Notes: generated by a model from the letters alone, not told the origin. A stretch of 64,000 bases of DNA from Chthonomonadales bacterium (GCA_049967475.1 JBMFSQ010000002.1:160001-224000), one strand, 5' to 3'; shown: positions 42,356 to 53,122, counted from the stretch's first letter. A program made the numbers and translations.

Positions 42356-43204
42356 ATGAATATCCTTTGCATCGGCGCCCATCCGGATGACGTGGAAGGA
42401 GCCATGGGCGCAACGGCCGCGCTCTATTCCCGCCGCGGTCACCACGTGATCGTCGCCTCCGTAACCGACGGGCGCCGCGGTCATTTCGCCCCTCAGTACC
42501 TGGCCGATCCGTCTGCCCTCGCCCGCCGGCGCCGCGACGAGGCGCTTCACTCCGCAGCCCTCATCGGCGCGGAGTATCGTTGCTTGGATATTCCGGACGG
42601 CGAGGTGTACGTTACTCCAGCCAATACGGAGGCGGTAATCCGCCTTATCCGTGCAGCAGGTCCCCCAGGCGTCGGGCCGGACGTGGTATTCCTCAACCGG
42701 CCCAACGACTACCACCGAGACCATCGCTACACAGCACGCCTCGTGTTGGATGCCACTTACATGCTCACCGTTCCCGGTATGTGTCCCGATGCACCCCACT
42801 TAGCCCGGATGCCCGTATTCGCCTACTGGTACGATGATTTCACAGAAGGAGGCACCTTCCGGGCCGACGTCGTCGTTCCCATAGGCGACGCTCTGGAAGC
42901 GAAGGTGGACATGATCTGCGCCCACGCATCGCAGTTTTTCGAATGGCTTCCGTACAATGCAGGGATTTTGGATCAGGTGCCGCCCGATGCAGCCGGCCGG
43001 CGGGAGTGGATCCGGCGTCGGTATGAGCAGCATGCTTACGATCTCCGCAATAAGTTGGAGGCTGCCCTAATCCGCCTGTGCGGCCTGGTTCCCCGCCAGG
43101 GCGTGGAAGCGTTCCAAGTGTGCGAATACGGCAGGCAGCCCCAAGAACAGGAGCTTTACGATCTCTTCCCGATCCCGAAACCGACCCCGGAAGCGCGTTG
43201 CTGA
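42356..43204 (+). CDS. PIG-L/LmbE family N-acetyl sugar deacetylase
   Basis: IGAHPDDVE, TDGRRG, DYHRDH, HASQFFEWLP. Confidence 0.9.
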   Translation: MNILCIGAHPDDVEGAMGATAALYSRRGHHVIVASVTDGRRGHFAPQYLADPSALARRRRDEALHSAALIGAEYRCLDIPDGEVYVTPANTEAVIRLIRAAGPPGVGPDVVFLNRPNDYHRDHRYTARLVLDATYMLTVPGMCPDAPHLARMPVFAYWYDDFTEGGTFRADVVVPIGDALEAKVDMICAHASQFFEWLPYNAGILDQVPPDAAGRREWIRRRYEQHAYDLRNKLEAALIRLCGLVPRQGVEAFQVCEYGRQPQEQELYDLFPIPKPTPEARC

Positions 43205-43218
43205 CACAAGGAGACCCC

Positions 43219-44448
43219 ATGCTCGAACACACGAAGTACCTGATCATTGGAGGCGGACCTGCGGCTGCTTGGGCAGCTCGATCCATCCGCAGGGGGGACC
43301 AATCCGGCCGCCTCATGCTCGTAACGCGGGAACCCCATCCGCCCTATGACCGGCCTCCCCTGTCCAAACAATTCCTGCTGGACAAGGACTTCGCTCCGGA
43401 GGATCTCTATTCGTGGCCGGATGACTTTGTCGCTACCGCAGGGATCGAGCTCGTAACAGGAACAGCCGCCCGCACGCTGCGCCGCACGGATCATTCTGTG
43501 GTTCTTGCCGACGGCCGTACTGTTCAATACGAGAAGCTTCTGCTGGCAACGGGCGCCACCCCAAGAAAGCTCAACGCCCCGGGCTTCGACCGCCGGAACA
43601 TCTTCACGCTCCGCACGCTGGACGATGCCCAAGCCCTGCGGAGCGCCCTCCATAACGCCCGCCACGTTGTATTGGTGGGCAGTGGAACCATCGGGATCGA
43701 GGTAGCGGCGGTATGCCTGCAGATGGATCGCGAAGTGACCCTGATAGACATCGCCGACAGGCCATGGGCGAGCCTGGCTGGGCCGGACACGGGCCGCGCA
43801 CTGCAACGGTATCTGGAACAACGGGGAGCCCGCTTCATCCTCAGGACGTCGGTGCGGGCTTTCGAGGGCGAGGAAGCAGTCTCCGCCGTCCATACGGAGC
43901 AGGGTGAGCGCATCCCGGCAGACGTCGTTGTGGTGGGCATCGGTGTGTCCCTCAACACCGAACTTGCCCGCAATGCCGGGCTCCCGCTGAGTGAGAACGG
44001 GGCCGTTCACGTCAATAGCCTTCTTCAAACGTTGGATCCCCGCATCTGGGCTGCGGGGGATATCGCGTTCTTTGAGGACCTGGCCCTAAACCGGAGGTGG
44101 AACGCGGAACATCACCTCAACGCCAAATGGCAGGGGACCGCGGCAGGCGCCACCATGGCGGGCACCGACACGGTGTACGACCGGGTGCCCTACTTCTTCT
44201 CAGACTTCCTGGACCTTCACATGATCCTGCGCGGAGACCCCGAAGGCGGCAAGAGCGCCCTCGTCATCGGGGATCGCGATGCGATGGAATTCGTGGAACT
44301 CTATGCGGATAACTGCGGCCTCATTCGAATGGGCCTCGCCATCAGTCGCCATGAGGATCGGTTGGATGCACTCTCGGACCGCCTGGAGGCATTGTTCCGC
44401 GCTTCGCCCGACGTGTCCAAGGTTACGGCGGAGACCCTCGGCTTCTAA
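43219..44448 (+). CDS. FAD/NAD(P)-dependent oxidoreductase (ferredoxin reductase-like)
   Basis: IIGGGPAA, PYDRPPLSK, LLLATGA, GSGTIGIE, IWAAGDIA, VPYFFSD. Confidence 0.9.
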   Translation: MLEHTKYLIIGGGPAAAWAARSIRRGDQSGRLMLVTREPHPPYDRPPLSKQFLLDKDFAPEDLYSWPDDFVATAGIELVTGTAARTLRRTDHSVVLADGRTVQYEKLLLATGATPRKLNAPGFDRRNIFTLRTLDDAQALRSALHNARHVVLVGSGTIGIEVAAVCLQMDREVTLIDIADRPWASLAGPDTGRALQRYLEQRGARFILRTSVRAFEGEEAVSAVHTEQGERIPADVVVVGIGVSLNTELARNAGLPLSENGAVHVNSLLQTLDPRIWAAGDIAFFEDLALNRRWNAEHHLNAKWQGTAAGATMAGTDTVYDRVPYFFSDFLDLHMILRGDPEGGKSALVIGDRDAMEFVELYADNCGLIRMGLAISRHEDRLDALSDRLEALFRASPDVSKVTAETLGF

Positions 44449-47117
44449 CGCACGCTCACTGTAACTACGGCGCTGCCCGACACGCGAACTGCGAGGCGCC
44501 CATGCTCCTGGTTCGCCGCCGCCGGCGTGCCGTTGACGCGTACAACAGCCTTACCCCGCAGTCCGCTGAGCGCCACGTAGTAGGGGCCCGGCGTAAAGCC
44601 CCGCACGCGGAACTGCGCGGAGTGCGCGCGGTCTGCCAGCGGCTCGATGGCGCCTGGAGCCCGTACCACGACGCCGCACCGCCGTAGCTCCACAAGGTCA
44701 TAGAGGGGCGGGCCGCCATAATACCGCACTGCATTCGCCTCCACAGTGCCGGGATTGATCGCCACCCCGTTGCGCGTTTGGGGCTTCAAGTTGAACGAGT
44801 CCGGCAGTAATCCTTGCAGGTCCGCGTCGGAAGCCGGGAAGCTTTGCTGAATTCCCGACACCGTAATGCCGTCGGCGAGCTTCTTCCACGGCCCGGTGGG
44901 ATCGTACCGAGTAAGGCGGTAAAGCGCATCGGCATACACCAAGCCGCACCACTGTACAGGCAGCCCCATCCAATCCGGCGCAACCCAATGAGTGGCCCCA
45001 TAAACCGGTGTCGTTGCATAGAGACCTACCCTGCCCGCTGTAGGGTTCACGAGATACACGAAGGGGACGCCGGTCCAGGCCCAATATCGAGCTTTCCGCA
45101 AAAAATCTGCGTTGCCGGTAAGAGCATAACCCAGCGTGTACGCCTTTACAAGGTGCGCCGAGGCGAGGATATCCGGGGTGTGGAGGGGCACCTCCCACGT
45201 TTGGGCACCCCGCGGTGCTGTGTACATCCAGCGGTCCAAAGCGTGCAAGCGGGCCACAGCCTCATGGATCAGTTGTGCCTCGCCGCTGATCGCCGCGTGT
45301 TCTAGGAGGGAAGCCGTCACCGGAGCCGTAAGGCCGTTTGCCGTGTCCTCATAGTGAGTGCGCCCAAAATCGGGGCCGCCTGGTTTGGGCTGGTAGCGAA
45401 GGATGCCCTGATCCCCAAGTTGCCGGAGCTCCGCTCGGGCGGCCTCGGCAGCGTGTTGCGCATTTTCTTCCACGTGGCCAAACACCAGGGACACGGACGG
45501 CAAGTGCACATGGGACACACCGCTGAAATCCCAATCTGCGGGACTTACAGCCTCTAGTGCAAGGCGTTCTGTTTGACGCAGGCGTTCGGCAAGGCCAGGA
45601 TCGTGGGTCCTCGCGGCCAGCCATTCCATATAGAGGGCGGCGTCGGCGGCAGGTTGAGGATGGAACGAGGCTCCAGGCCAATAGGCGTGGCGGAAGTATC
45701 CGCCGCTGCGGATGCGGGAATCGAGCCAGCCGCCTGCAGCAAAGCGCACATACCCCTGAAGCCCCATTCCGGGGCTCGGAATTGGCGGCAGCCCCTTCAG
45801 CCGAACATAGTGCTGCACCGCCTCGACCACGCTTTCCCCCAAGCCGGCGATAATCTGTGCTCGAAGGGTAATGGGGTGACCCGGCGACACGGGCTCCCCG
45901 TCATAGGGCAAGAGGCTGCCTTCCGCTCGGTTGGAGCCGTCGGACCCCGGGAAGATCACGCCCATCAGATGACCGCCCCCGTGGAACGTGCGGTCAGGAG
46001 AATCAAAGAGCGCACTGAACTGGGGCTCTTTATGCCAAATCAGTCCCACATAGGCATGGTGATCCTGCACTGCCATGAGGGGGAATGTGATGCGTTCGTT
46101 GTCGGGAACTCTCCGGTTCGCAAGGGGACCTTCGATGTCTGCTGTGGAGCTGCTTACCTCGGAGGGGACGCCGTCAAGGTACTCCAAACCGGCGAACAGA
46201 GCGTGCCCCTTGTGAACGCCGAACGAGCCGGCTCCTGGAAGCAGAATGATCATCGGAGCAAAAACGACGGCACGCGATTGCGTCACCCCGATGCGCGTGG
46301 TCACGTTGAATGTTCCGCCGGCAGCCGGCGAAAACTCCTGGGTAAAGTGCCATTTGCCTCCATCTGCGTCGCCGGCTTCTGCGCGCACCACGATGGAGCG
46401 CCCCACGAGCGATGCACGCACGCGGGCTGCTCGGGCAACGTCCATCCAGTGCACGCCTCCGGCAATCAGGTACCCGATGAGGGGCCGCGTGTCTCCCACG
46501 GCCATGAGCCGGTTGGACACCCGCACCTGGAAGCCGCCCCATTCATGGGGAGCGTGAAGAAGCTGGGCATTCCCCGATCGAATTACGAGGGGCCTCGGGC
46601 CCAGGACCGGAAGGTGCGGGCGCGGCCACGCCGGCTCTGCCAAGAGGTTCCTGGGAGTGAAGGTGATGGAAGCAACGATGCAGGTTCCTCCGGTACCGGG
46701 CGGATCCAGCCGAAGCATCACTCCCGGGCCGAGGGGCGGCACCGGCACCTTCGCCGTTTCCCACCGACCGCCTACCGCAGGGAAATGCACGGAGTCTTCC
46801 TCACGTGCGTAGCGTTGCTCCGTGAACCAGAACACCTGGCCCGTACCGGGCTGGTCCGACTTGAAGCGGATCGTCAGCCAGAGGGGCTGCCCGGGCGGGT
46901 AATCGCGCGCTGGGCCATGGATATACGGATCCGGCCCTGAAATGCGGATGAGCATCCCCTGGGCAGTCGGCTCCAGGCTGGCCACGTCGTGGGCCGGCCG
47001 CCACTCGGACACCACCTCACTGAGGCGAAAATCGAAGTGCGGAAGCTGCTCAGCACGGGCGGGTACGCCCGCCGCCATCGCAGCGATGGTGCACAAAGCC
47101 AGCAACCGGATCAACAT
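44445..47117 (-). CDS. Large secreted hypothetical protein, possibly carbohydrate-active
   Basis: GGGGAGG SD, signal peptide ending ARA, N-terminal CBM-like sandwich (DPYI...LRLDP), Trp/Tyr-rich helical C-terminal half. Confidence 0.7.
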   Translation of the reverse strand: MLIRLLALCTIAAMAAGVPARAEQLPHFDFRLSEVVSEWRPAHDVASLEPTAQGMLIRISGPDPYIHGPARDYPPGQPLWLTIRFKSDQPGTGQVFWFTEQRYAREEDSVHFPAVGGRWETAKVPVPPLGPGVMLRLDPPGTGGTCIVASITFTPRNLLAEPAWPRPHLPVLGPRPLVIRSGNAQLLHAPHEWGGFQVRVSNRLMAVGDTRPLIGYLIAGGVHWMDVARAARVRASLVGRSIVVRAEAGDADGGKWHFTQEFSPAAGGTFNVTTRIGVTQSRAVVFAPMIILLPGAGSFGVHKGHALFAGLEYLDGVPSEVSSSTADIEGPLANRRVPDNERITFPLMAVQDHHAYVGLIWHKEPQFSALFDSPDRTFHGGGHLMGVIFPGSDGSNRAEGSLLPYDGEPVSPGHPITLRAQIIAGLGESVVEAVQHYVRLKGLPPIPSPGMGLQGYVRFAAGGWLDSRIRSGGYFRHAYWPGASFHPQPAADAALYMEWLAARTHDPGLAERLRQTERLALEAVSPADWDFSGVSHVHLPSVSLVFGHVEENAQHAAEAARAELRQLGDQGILRYQPKPGGPDFGRTHYEDTANGLTAPVTASLLEHAAISGEAQLIHEAVARLHALDRWMYTAPRGAQTWEVPLHTPDILASAHLVKAYTLGYALTGNADFLRKARYWAWTGVPFVYLVNPTAGRVGLYATTPVYGATHWVAPDWMGLPVQWCGLVYADALYRLTRYDPTGPWKKLADGITVSGIQQSFPASDADLQGLLPDSFNLKPQTRNGVAINPGTVEANAVRYYGGPPLYDLVELRRCGVVVRAPGAIEPLADRAHSAQFRVRGFTPGPYYVALSGLRGKAVVRVNGTPAAANQEHGRLAVRVSGSAVVTVSVR

Positions 47118-47184
47118 AGTTTCCTCCCCGAACCGTGGGATCACGCACCCAGCTTTGGCGCAGGCGCAAACAACTCCTGCAGGG

Positions 47185-47454
47185 CTAATCCCGCGGGAAG
47201 TGATCCGGCCTCAGTTCCGCCGCAAGGCCGATGAGTTCTTCATCCGAGGCTTCCGGTTGGTTCGGATCCGCTTCTACGGCATCCACAGGACACACCTGGA
47301 CGCATCGGCTGACTTCATAGAACCCCGCACACTCCGTACAGAGCCTGGGGTCAATTACGTAGACGCCATCTGCTTCGTGGATGCCCTCGTTGGGGCACTC
47401 TGCCAAACAGAGGCCGCATGCGATGCACCGTTCCTGGTTGATCTTTCTGGCCAT
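47185..47454 (-). CDS. 2[4Fe-4S] ferredoxin, YfhL type
   Basis: CIACGLCLAECP and CTECAGFYEVSRCVQVCP. Confidence 0.92.
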   Translation of the reverse strand: MARKINQERCIACGLCLAECPNEGIHEADGVYVIDPRLCTECAGFYEVSRCVQVCPVDAVEADPNQPEASDEELIGLAAELRPDHFPRD

Positions 47455-47488
47455 GGCTTACTCCTTGCACACTTCAGGGGAAAAGCGG

Positions 47489-48502
47489 TCAGAGCATCTG
47501 CTGAAGGGTGCCGGGGCGGAACGAGTCCAAAACCTTCATATAATTGGCTCTCTCAAAAGCAGCGGGTTCCGCCACGTTACGCTGGCTCATGCTCCCGCGC
47601 ATCTGGCTCACAGATGCGTACTCGCGTTCCTCCATCCAATGCGTCATATCGGCCAAAATCTCGCCGATCCTGCCCAGCCCATTCTTGAGCAGCTCGGACG
47701 CCATCATGGTTACGTTGGCACCGGCCATAATTCCTTTGAGCACATCCTCATATGTATGAACACCGCGAGAGATGGCCAGATCTACCGGGATCCTCCCATA
47801 GAGGATTGCCACCCACCTAAGGGGCAGGCGCAGCTCGTACGGGCCGCTCAGCACTAGGTTCGGCACGACCTCCAGGTTCTCCAGGTCAAAATCGGGTTGG
47901 TAGAAGCGGTTGAAGAGGACCAACCCGTTGGCTCCCGCCTCGGCTAACCGGCGCGCCATGTAGGCAGTGTTACTGAAGAAAGGGCTCAGCTTCACGGCCA
48001 CCGGTATCTTCACCGTGGCCCGCACATCCCGAAGCACGTCCAGATACATTTGTTCAACGGTGGCTCCGCTCATGTGCGGGTCTGTGGGAATGTAATAGAT
48101 GTTGAGCTCCAGCGCATCCGCGCCGGCCTGTTCGATTTTGTGGGCGTAGTAGGTCCACCCGCCGCTGGACACTCCGTTGAGGCTGCCAATTATGGGGATC
48201 TGAACAGCCGTCTTGGCATCGGACACGAGCTTCAGGTATTCATCGGGACCAACATTGTAATGGTGAAGGTCCGGGAAATAACTCAGGGCCTCGGCATAGC
48301 TTTCGGTGCCGTAGCTCAGGTAGTGGTCCAGTTGGCGGCTCTCCAGGTTAATCTGCTCTTCGAAGAGCGAGTACATTACTACGGCTGCGGCGCCGGCGTC
48401 CTCCAGCCTGCGGATGCCGTCCAGTGTTCGCGAAAGGGGCGATGCGGATGCGACGATGGGGTTCTTCAGCGGAAAACCCAGATATCGGGTTGACAGATCC
48501 AT
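47489..48502 (-). CDS. Dihydroorotate dehydrogenase-like flavoprotein
   Basis: [46 protein letters not shown]. Confidence 0.88.
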   Translation of the reverse strand: MDLSTRYLGFPLKNPIVASASPLSRTLDGIRRLEDAGAAAVVMYSLFEEQINLESRQLDHYLSYGTESYAEALSYFPDLHHYNVGPDEYLKLVSDAKTAVQIPIIGSLNGVSSGGWTYYAHKIEQAGADALELNIYYIPTDPHMSGATVEQMYLDVLRDVRATVKIPVAVKLSPFFSNTAYMARRLAEAGANGLVLFNRFYQPDFDLENLEVVPNLVLSGPYELRLPLRWVAILYGRIPVDLAISRGVHTYEDVLKGIMAGANVTMMASELLKNGLGRIGEILADMTHWMEEREYASVSQMRGSMSQRNVAEPAAFERANYMKVLDSFRPGTLQQML

Positions 48503-48555
48503 AGTTATGCTCCCTTGCACTCACTCCGTCTTCTCGTGGAAGGTCCCAACTCCTT

Positions 48556-51500
48556 TTAACCCTTCATAGCTGCGAGCTGCTGGTACGCCTCCCACCGCTC
48601 TTTCACGTCACGCTCGGCTTCCTCCAACAGACGGCGGGCGGCTTCAGGATCGCTCTGCCTGAGCATTCGGTAACGGTTCTCGGAATAGAGGTATTCCTGC
48701 AATGGAACGGAAGGAGCCTTGCTGTCGAGCTGTAGCGGGTTCTTGCCCTCCTGTTGCAAGGCAGGATTGTACCGATAAAGCGGGAATGCGCCGCTTTCTA
48801 CGGCCAGCTTCTGCTGGTTCATTCCGCGCGTCATGTCAATGCCGTGGGCGATGCAGTGGCTGTAGGCGATGATGATGGACGGACCATTGTAGGCCTCCGC
48901 CTCCAAAAACGCCCTCACGGTCTGAGCATCATTGGCGCCCATGGCGACAGTAGCCACATAGATATTGCCGTAGGTCATGAGCATGCGCCCGAGGTCCTTC
49001 TTTGGCGTAGGCTTGCCTCCGGCGGCAAACTTAGCTACGGCCGCCCGGGCTGTGCTCTTGGACGCCTGACCGCCGGTGTTGGAATAAACCTCCGTGTCCA
49101 GCACGAGAACGTTGACGTTGTGTCCGGAAGCCAACACATGATCCAGGCCGCCGTAGCCGATGTCGTACGCCCAACCGTCGCCGCCAATGATCCAAACGCT
49201 GCGCTTCACCAGTACGTCAGCAAGGCTCAGCAGATCTTTGCACCGAGCATCGTCGCGGCCTTCGAGCCTTTTCTTCAGCTCGGCCACGCGCTTGCGTTGG
49301 GCATGAATGGAGACTTCATCCTCTTGACTGGCATCAAGGATCTCGCGCGCCAAATCCTCGCCGATCTCGCTTGCCAGCGCCATCACGAGGGACCGGGCAT
49401 AGGCGTTTTGCTGATCCAGAGCCAGCCGCATCCCCAATCCAAACTCGGCGTTGTCTTCAAAGAGGGAGTTGGACCACGCCGGGCCCCGGCCTTCGGCATT
49501 CGTGGTGTAGGGAGTGGTGGGAAGGTTCCCTCCGTATATACTCGAGCAGCCTGTTGCATTGGCGATGACGGCCCGGTCTCCAAAGAGCTGCGTCATCAGT
49601 TTGATGTAGGGGGTCTCGCCGCACCCGGCACAAGCTCCGGAAAATTCGAAGAGAGGCTGAAGGAGTTGCACATTCTTGATGGTGTTGAAGTGCACTCCGG
49701 GGTGATCCTTGGGAACGTCCGGAAGCTTGGTGAAGAATTCCCAGTGACGAGCCCCAATCTCGCGGAGCGGGCGCTGCGGGGCCATATTGATGGCTTTGCG
49801 CCCCACGTTGGATTTGTCCTTGGCCGGGCAGATCTCTACGCACATGGCGCAGCCCGTACAGTCTTCTACAGCCACCTGTAGCGTATAGCGTTTGTCGGCC
49901 AACTCGCGCCACTTCGCCGCGGTAGACTTGAAGCCCTCGGGAGCACGCTCCAAATCGGAAGCGTCTACAACCTTGGCTCGGATCACCGAGTGTGGGCACA
50001 CCAGTACGCACTTGCCGCACTGAATGCACAGGTCGGGTTCCCATACGGGGACCTCTAGGGCGATGTTGCGCTTCTCCCATTTGGCGGTACCGGTCGGGTA
50101 GGTTCCGTCCGCGGGAAGAGCGCTCACCGGCAGCTCATCCCCCCGCCCGGCAATCATCATGGCGGTCACCTTCTGCACAAACTCCGGCGCTTCAGGGGGA
50201 ACGACCGGCGGCAGGTCTCGTTCGCTCTCCACATTATTGGGTATCACCAGCTTGTGCAGGTGCGCCAGCGCCTCGTCTACTGCGGCAAAGTTCTGCTGAA
50301 CTACAGCTTCCCCGCGTTTACCGTAGGTCTTCCGGATGGCCTTTTTGATTTCGGTGATGGCTGCATCACGGTCCAACACGCCCGAAAGGGCAAAGAAGCC
50401 CGTTTGCATGATGGTGTTGATGCGTCCGCCCATGCCTGTGGCCTTGGCTACGGAATACCCATCCAACACCCACACGTTCAGCTTCTTGCGCAGGATCTGC
50501 TCTTGAACGGATCGGGGCAGGCGCTTCCAGGTCTCTTCCGGCCCGAAGGGGCTGTTGATGAGAACCGTGGCGCCCGGAACGGCGGCATCCAACACGGGAT
50601 AGCGTTCCAGAAAACCGAATTGATGAACGGCAACGAAGTTGGCGTGCTGAACGAGATATACACTTTGGATTGGCCGGGGCCCGAAGCGCAAGTGCGACAC
50701 GGTGACGCCGCCCGACTTCTTCGAGTCATAGACGAAGTACCCCTGGGCGTAATTGGGCGTCTCCTCGCCGATGATCTTGATGGAGTTCTTGTTCGCTCCG
50801 ACGGTTCCATCGGAGCCGAGCCCCCAGAACACAGCCCGAACGGTGTCCTCGGGCTCGATGCTGAAATGGGGGTCGTAGGAGAGGCTGGTATGGCACACGT
50901 CATCGTAGATACCGATGGTGAAGTGGTTCTTGGGGTGCTCGCGGGCTAATTCGTCATAGATGCCCTTTACCATGCCTGGGGTGAATTCTTTTGACGAGAG
51001 GCCGTACCGCCCCCCGATGATGCGGGGGAGAGGTCTCCCTGCGGCAGCGGCAACTTCGCAGAACGCAGTGACTACATCCTGGTAGAGCGGCTCACCGGCC
51101 GAACCCGGCTCCTTGGTGCGATCGAGAACTGCAAGCGCCTTAACACTCGAGGGTACGGCCGCTGCCATCTTCTGGGCATCAAAGGGGCGGAACATGCGCA
51201 CTTTGAGGACGCCCACCTTCTCGCCATGCTCGTTGAGATATCGGGCTGTCTCCTCTGCAGTTTCACAGGCCGAGCCCATCAAAATGATGACGCGCTCGGC
51301 GTCGGGCGCTCCCACATAGTCGTAAAGATGGTAGGACCGCCCGGTGAGCTGCGCAAAGCGATCCATGGTGTTCTGAAGAATGGTGGGGACTGCCAGGTAG
51401 TAGGGGTTGACGGTCTCGCGAGCCTGGAAGAACACATCGGGGTTCTGAGCGGTTCCGCGGATCACAGGGTGATCCGGCGAGAGCGCGCGGGCACGGTGGG

Positions 51501-52104
51501 CTCGGACGGCGTCTTCATTGATCATGGCGCGGATGTCTTCATCGCCCAGCCGTTCGATTTTCTGCAGTTCGTGGGAAGTGCGGAAGCCGTCGAAGGCATG
51601 GATGAAGGGGATGCGGGCCTCCAGCGTGGCAGCCTGGGCGATCAGGGCAAGATCCATCACCTCTTGAACAGAGTTCGAGAACAGAATGGCCCATCCCGTT
51701 TGCCTCACCGCCATTACGTCGCTGTGATCTCCGAAGATGGAAAGCGCCTGGCATGCTACCGATCGGGCGCTTACATGAAAAACCGCCGGAGTGAGCTCTC
51801 CGGCGATCTTGTATAGGTTGGGGATCATGAGGAGAAGGCCCTGGCTGGCCGTGAACGTCGTGGTGAGCGCGCCGGTTTGGAGAGCGCCGTGGCACGCGCC
51901 TGCAGCCCCCCCTTCGGACTGCATCTCTTTGACGACGGGCTTACTGCCCCAGATGTTCGTCTGTCCGGCCGCCGCCCATGCATCTGCCAGTTCGCCCATA
52001 GGCGTAGAAGGCGTGATGGGGTAGATGGCGATGACCTCGTTGGTCTTGTACGCGATGGTGGCGGCCGCTTCGTTGCCATCTATGGTTACAAAGCTGCGTG
52101 GCAT
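48556..52104 (-). CDS. nifJ: Pyruvate:ferredoxin (flavodoxin) oxidoreductase
   Basis: YPITPS, MQSEGGAAG, GLGSDGTVGANK, two CxxCxxCxxxCP motifs, FSGACAGCGE, GGDGWAYDIG. Confidence 0.97.
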   Translation of the reverse strand: MPRSFVTIDGNEAAATIAYKTNEVIAIYPITPSTPMGELADAWAAAGQTNIWGSKPVVKEMQSEGGAAGACHGALQTGALTTTFTASQGLLLMIPNLYKIAGELTPAVFHVSARSVACQALSIFGDHSDVMAVRQTGWAILFSNSVQEVMDLALIAQAATLEARIPFIHAFDGFRTSHELQKIERLGDEDIRAMINEDAVRAHRARALSPDHPVIRGTAQNPDVFFQARETVNPYYLAVPTILQNTMDRFAQLTGRSYHLYDYVGAPDAERVIILMGSACETAEETARYLNEHGEKVGVLKVRMFRPFDAQKMAAAVPSSVKALAVLDRTKEPGSAGEPLYQDVVTAFCEVAAAAGRPLPRIIGGRYGLSSKEFTPGMVKGIYDELAREHPKNHFTIGIYDDVCHTSLSYDPHFSIEPEDTVRAVFWGLGSDGTVGANKNSIKIIGEETPNYAQGYFVYDSKKSGGVTVSHLRFGPRPIQSVYLVQHANFVAVHQFGFLERYPVLDAAVPGATVLINSPFGPEETWKRLPRSVQEQILRKKLNVWVLDGYSVAKATGMGGRINTIMQTGFFALSGVLDRDAAITEIKKAIRKTYGKRGEAVVQQNFAAVDEALAHLHKLVIPNNVESERDLPPVVPPEAPEFVQKVTAMMIAGRGDELPVSALPADGTYPTGTAKWEKRNIALEVPVWEPDLCIQCGKCVLVCPHSVIRAKVVDASDLERAPEGFKSTAAKWRELADKRYTLQVAVEDCTGCAMCVEICPAKDKSNVGRKAINMAPQRPLREIGARHWEFFTKLPDVPKDHPGVHFNTIKNVQLLQPLFEFSGACAGCGETPYIKLMTQLFGDRAVIANATGCSSIYGGNLPTTPYTTNAEGRGPAWSNSLFEDNAEFGLGMRLALDQQNAYARSLVMALASEIGEDLAREILDASQEDEVSIHAQRKRVAELKKRLEGRDDARCKDLLSLADVLVKRSVWIIGGDGWAYDIGYGGLDHVLASGHNVNVLVLDTEVYSNTGGQASKSTARAAVAKFAAGGKPTPKKDLGRMLMTYGNIYVATVAMGANDAQTVRAFLEAEAYNGPSIIIAYSHCIAHGIDMTRGMNQQKLAVESGAFPLYRYNPALQQEGKNPLQLDSKAPSVPLQEYLYSENRYRMLRQSDPEAARRLLEEAERDVKERWEAYQQLAAMKG

Positions 52105-52461
52105 TGGCAGATCCTTTCATAGAGGACGCTGCGCCCGGGCTTTGCGGGCGCACGAGCTCCTCTGCGTCGGTTGCACGCGGCGGAGGGCCCGCCTAAGGAG
52201 TGGCAGCCCAGCCCGAGCGCGCGCCGTTGGGGAGCCCTAATCATCCGCTGGGCGCGCCGGTACCCTGCACCCTGTCACCGGCTCAGAACCCGGCATCCGC
52301 GCCCGTGGATCACTCAATCCATCCTGTTATTATCTTAGCTGATATTCGGCGCAGCCTGCACTGGTAATATAGTACAGGGGGTAGTTACTTAAGATAGTTC
52401 CCAGCGAGGGCTCACACCCTGCACATCATTGTGGCGCAAATCGGGGCGTTGTGCATACACC

Positions 52462-52486
52462 AAGGGGGAGGAAGCCCTCCCCCTTT
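52462..52486. terminator. Terminator-like hairpin downstream of the ECF sigma gene
   Basis: 10-bp stem AAGGGGGAGG / CCTCCCCCTT, 4-nt loop. Confidence 0.55.
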
Positions 52487-52510
52487 GCCCCGTCGGTTGC
52501 AGCATTTCCG

Positions 52511-53122
52511 CTATGGCGAAAAGTAGGGGGCGAGCCTCCGCTGGAGCGCTTTGCGGGCCCGGCTCAATCGGGACTTGATGGTTCCCACAGGCACGCCAAA
52601 GAGGTCGGCAATCTCTTCCACGCGCATCTCTTCCACATGATGGAGCACAATGACGGCGCGGTAATCAGGCGGAAGGGCGTCTATGGCAGCATGGATCAGC
52701 CGGCTGGATTCCGACGCGTCCAGGATGCGGTCAGGCTCTGCAGCGGGATCCGCCAGTTCCAGATGCCCGCACGGGTCTCCTTCCGGACCATAGGGCGCAT
52801 CTATAGAAGCAACGACGGGTGCTGCGCGCCGCCGCCGGATGTGATCCAGGCAGAGGTTTATAGCGATTTTGCGCACCCAAGACGCGGCAGCGCCCTGGGC
52901 TCGAAGCCGTGGAAGCGCACGGTACACGCGCACGAATGTTTCCTGCGTCAGATCCGCGGCATCCCCTTCGTTCCGCACCATCCGGTAAATAAGACGGTAG
53001 GTTCTCCGGTAACACGCGTCCACCAGTTCGGCGAAGAAGGCATCGGCAGAAGCGGCCGAGGCGTCGGTGGCTTCAGCAACGAGCTGATCCGATAGGCCCC
53101 GCACGCGAAACAGGTTGATCAC
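52511..53122 (-). CDS. ECF RNA polymerase sigma factor
   Basis: DAADLTQETFVR, SWVRKIAINLCLD, VPVGTIKSRLSRAR; AGGAGGGG SD. Confidence 0.93.
   Translation of the reverse strand: MINLFRVRGLSDQLVAEATDASAASADAFFAELVDACYRRTYRLIYRMVRNEGDAADLTQETFVRVYRALPRLRAQGAAASWVRKIAINLCLDHIRRRRAAPVVASIDAPYGPEGDPCGHLELADPAAEPDRILDASESSRLIHAAIDALPPDYRAVIVLHHVEEMRVEEIADLFGVPVGTIKSRLSRARKALQRRLAPYFSP

Noticed and set aside
42017..42799. 260-aa N-terminal extension of the sigma factor in the track ORF 41165-42799
   Set aside because: It overlaps the deacetylase on the other strand and crosses promoter DNA; sigma similarity begins near 42016.
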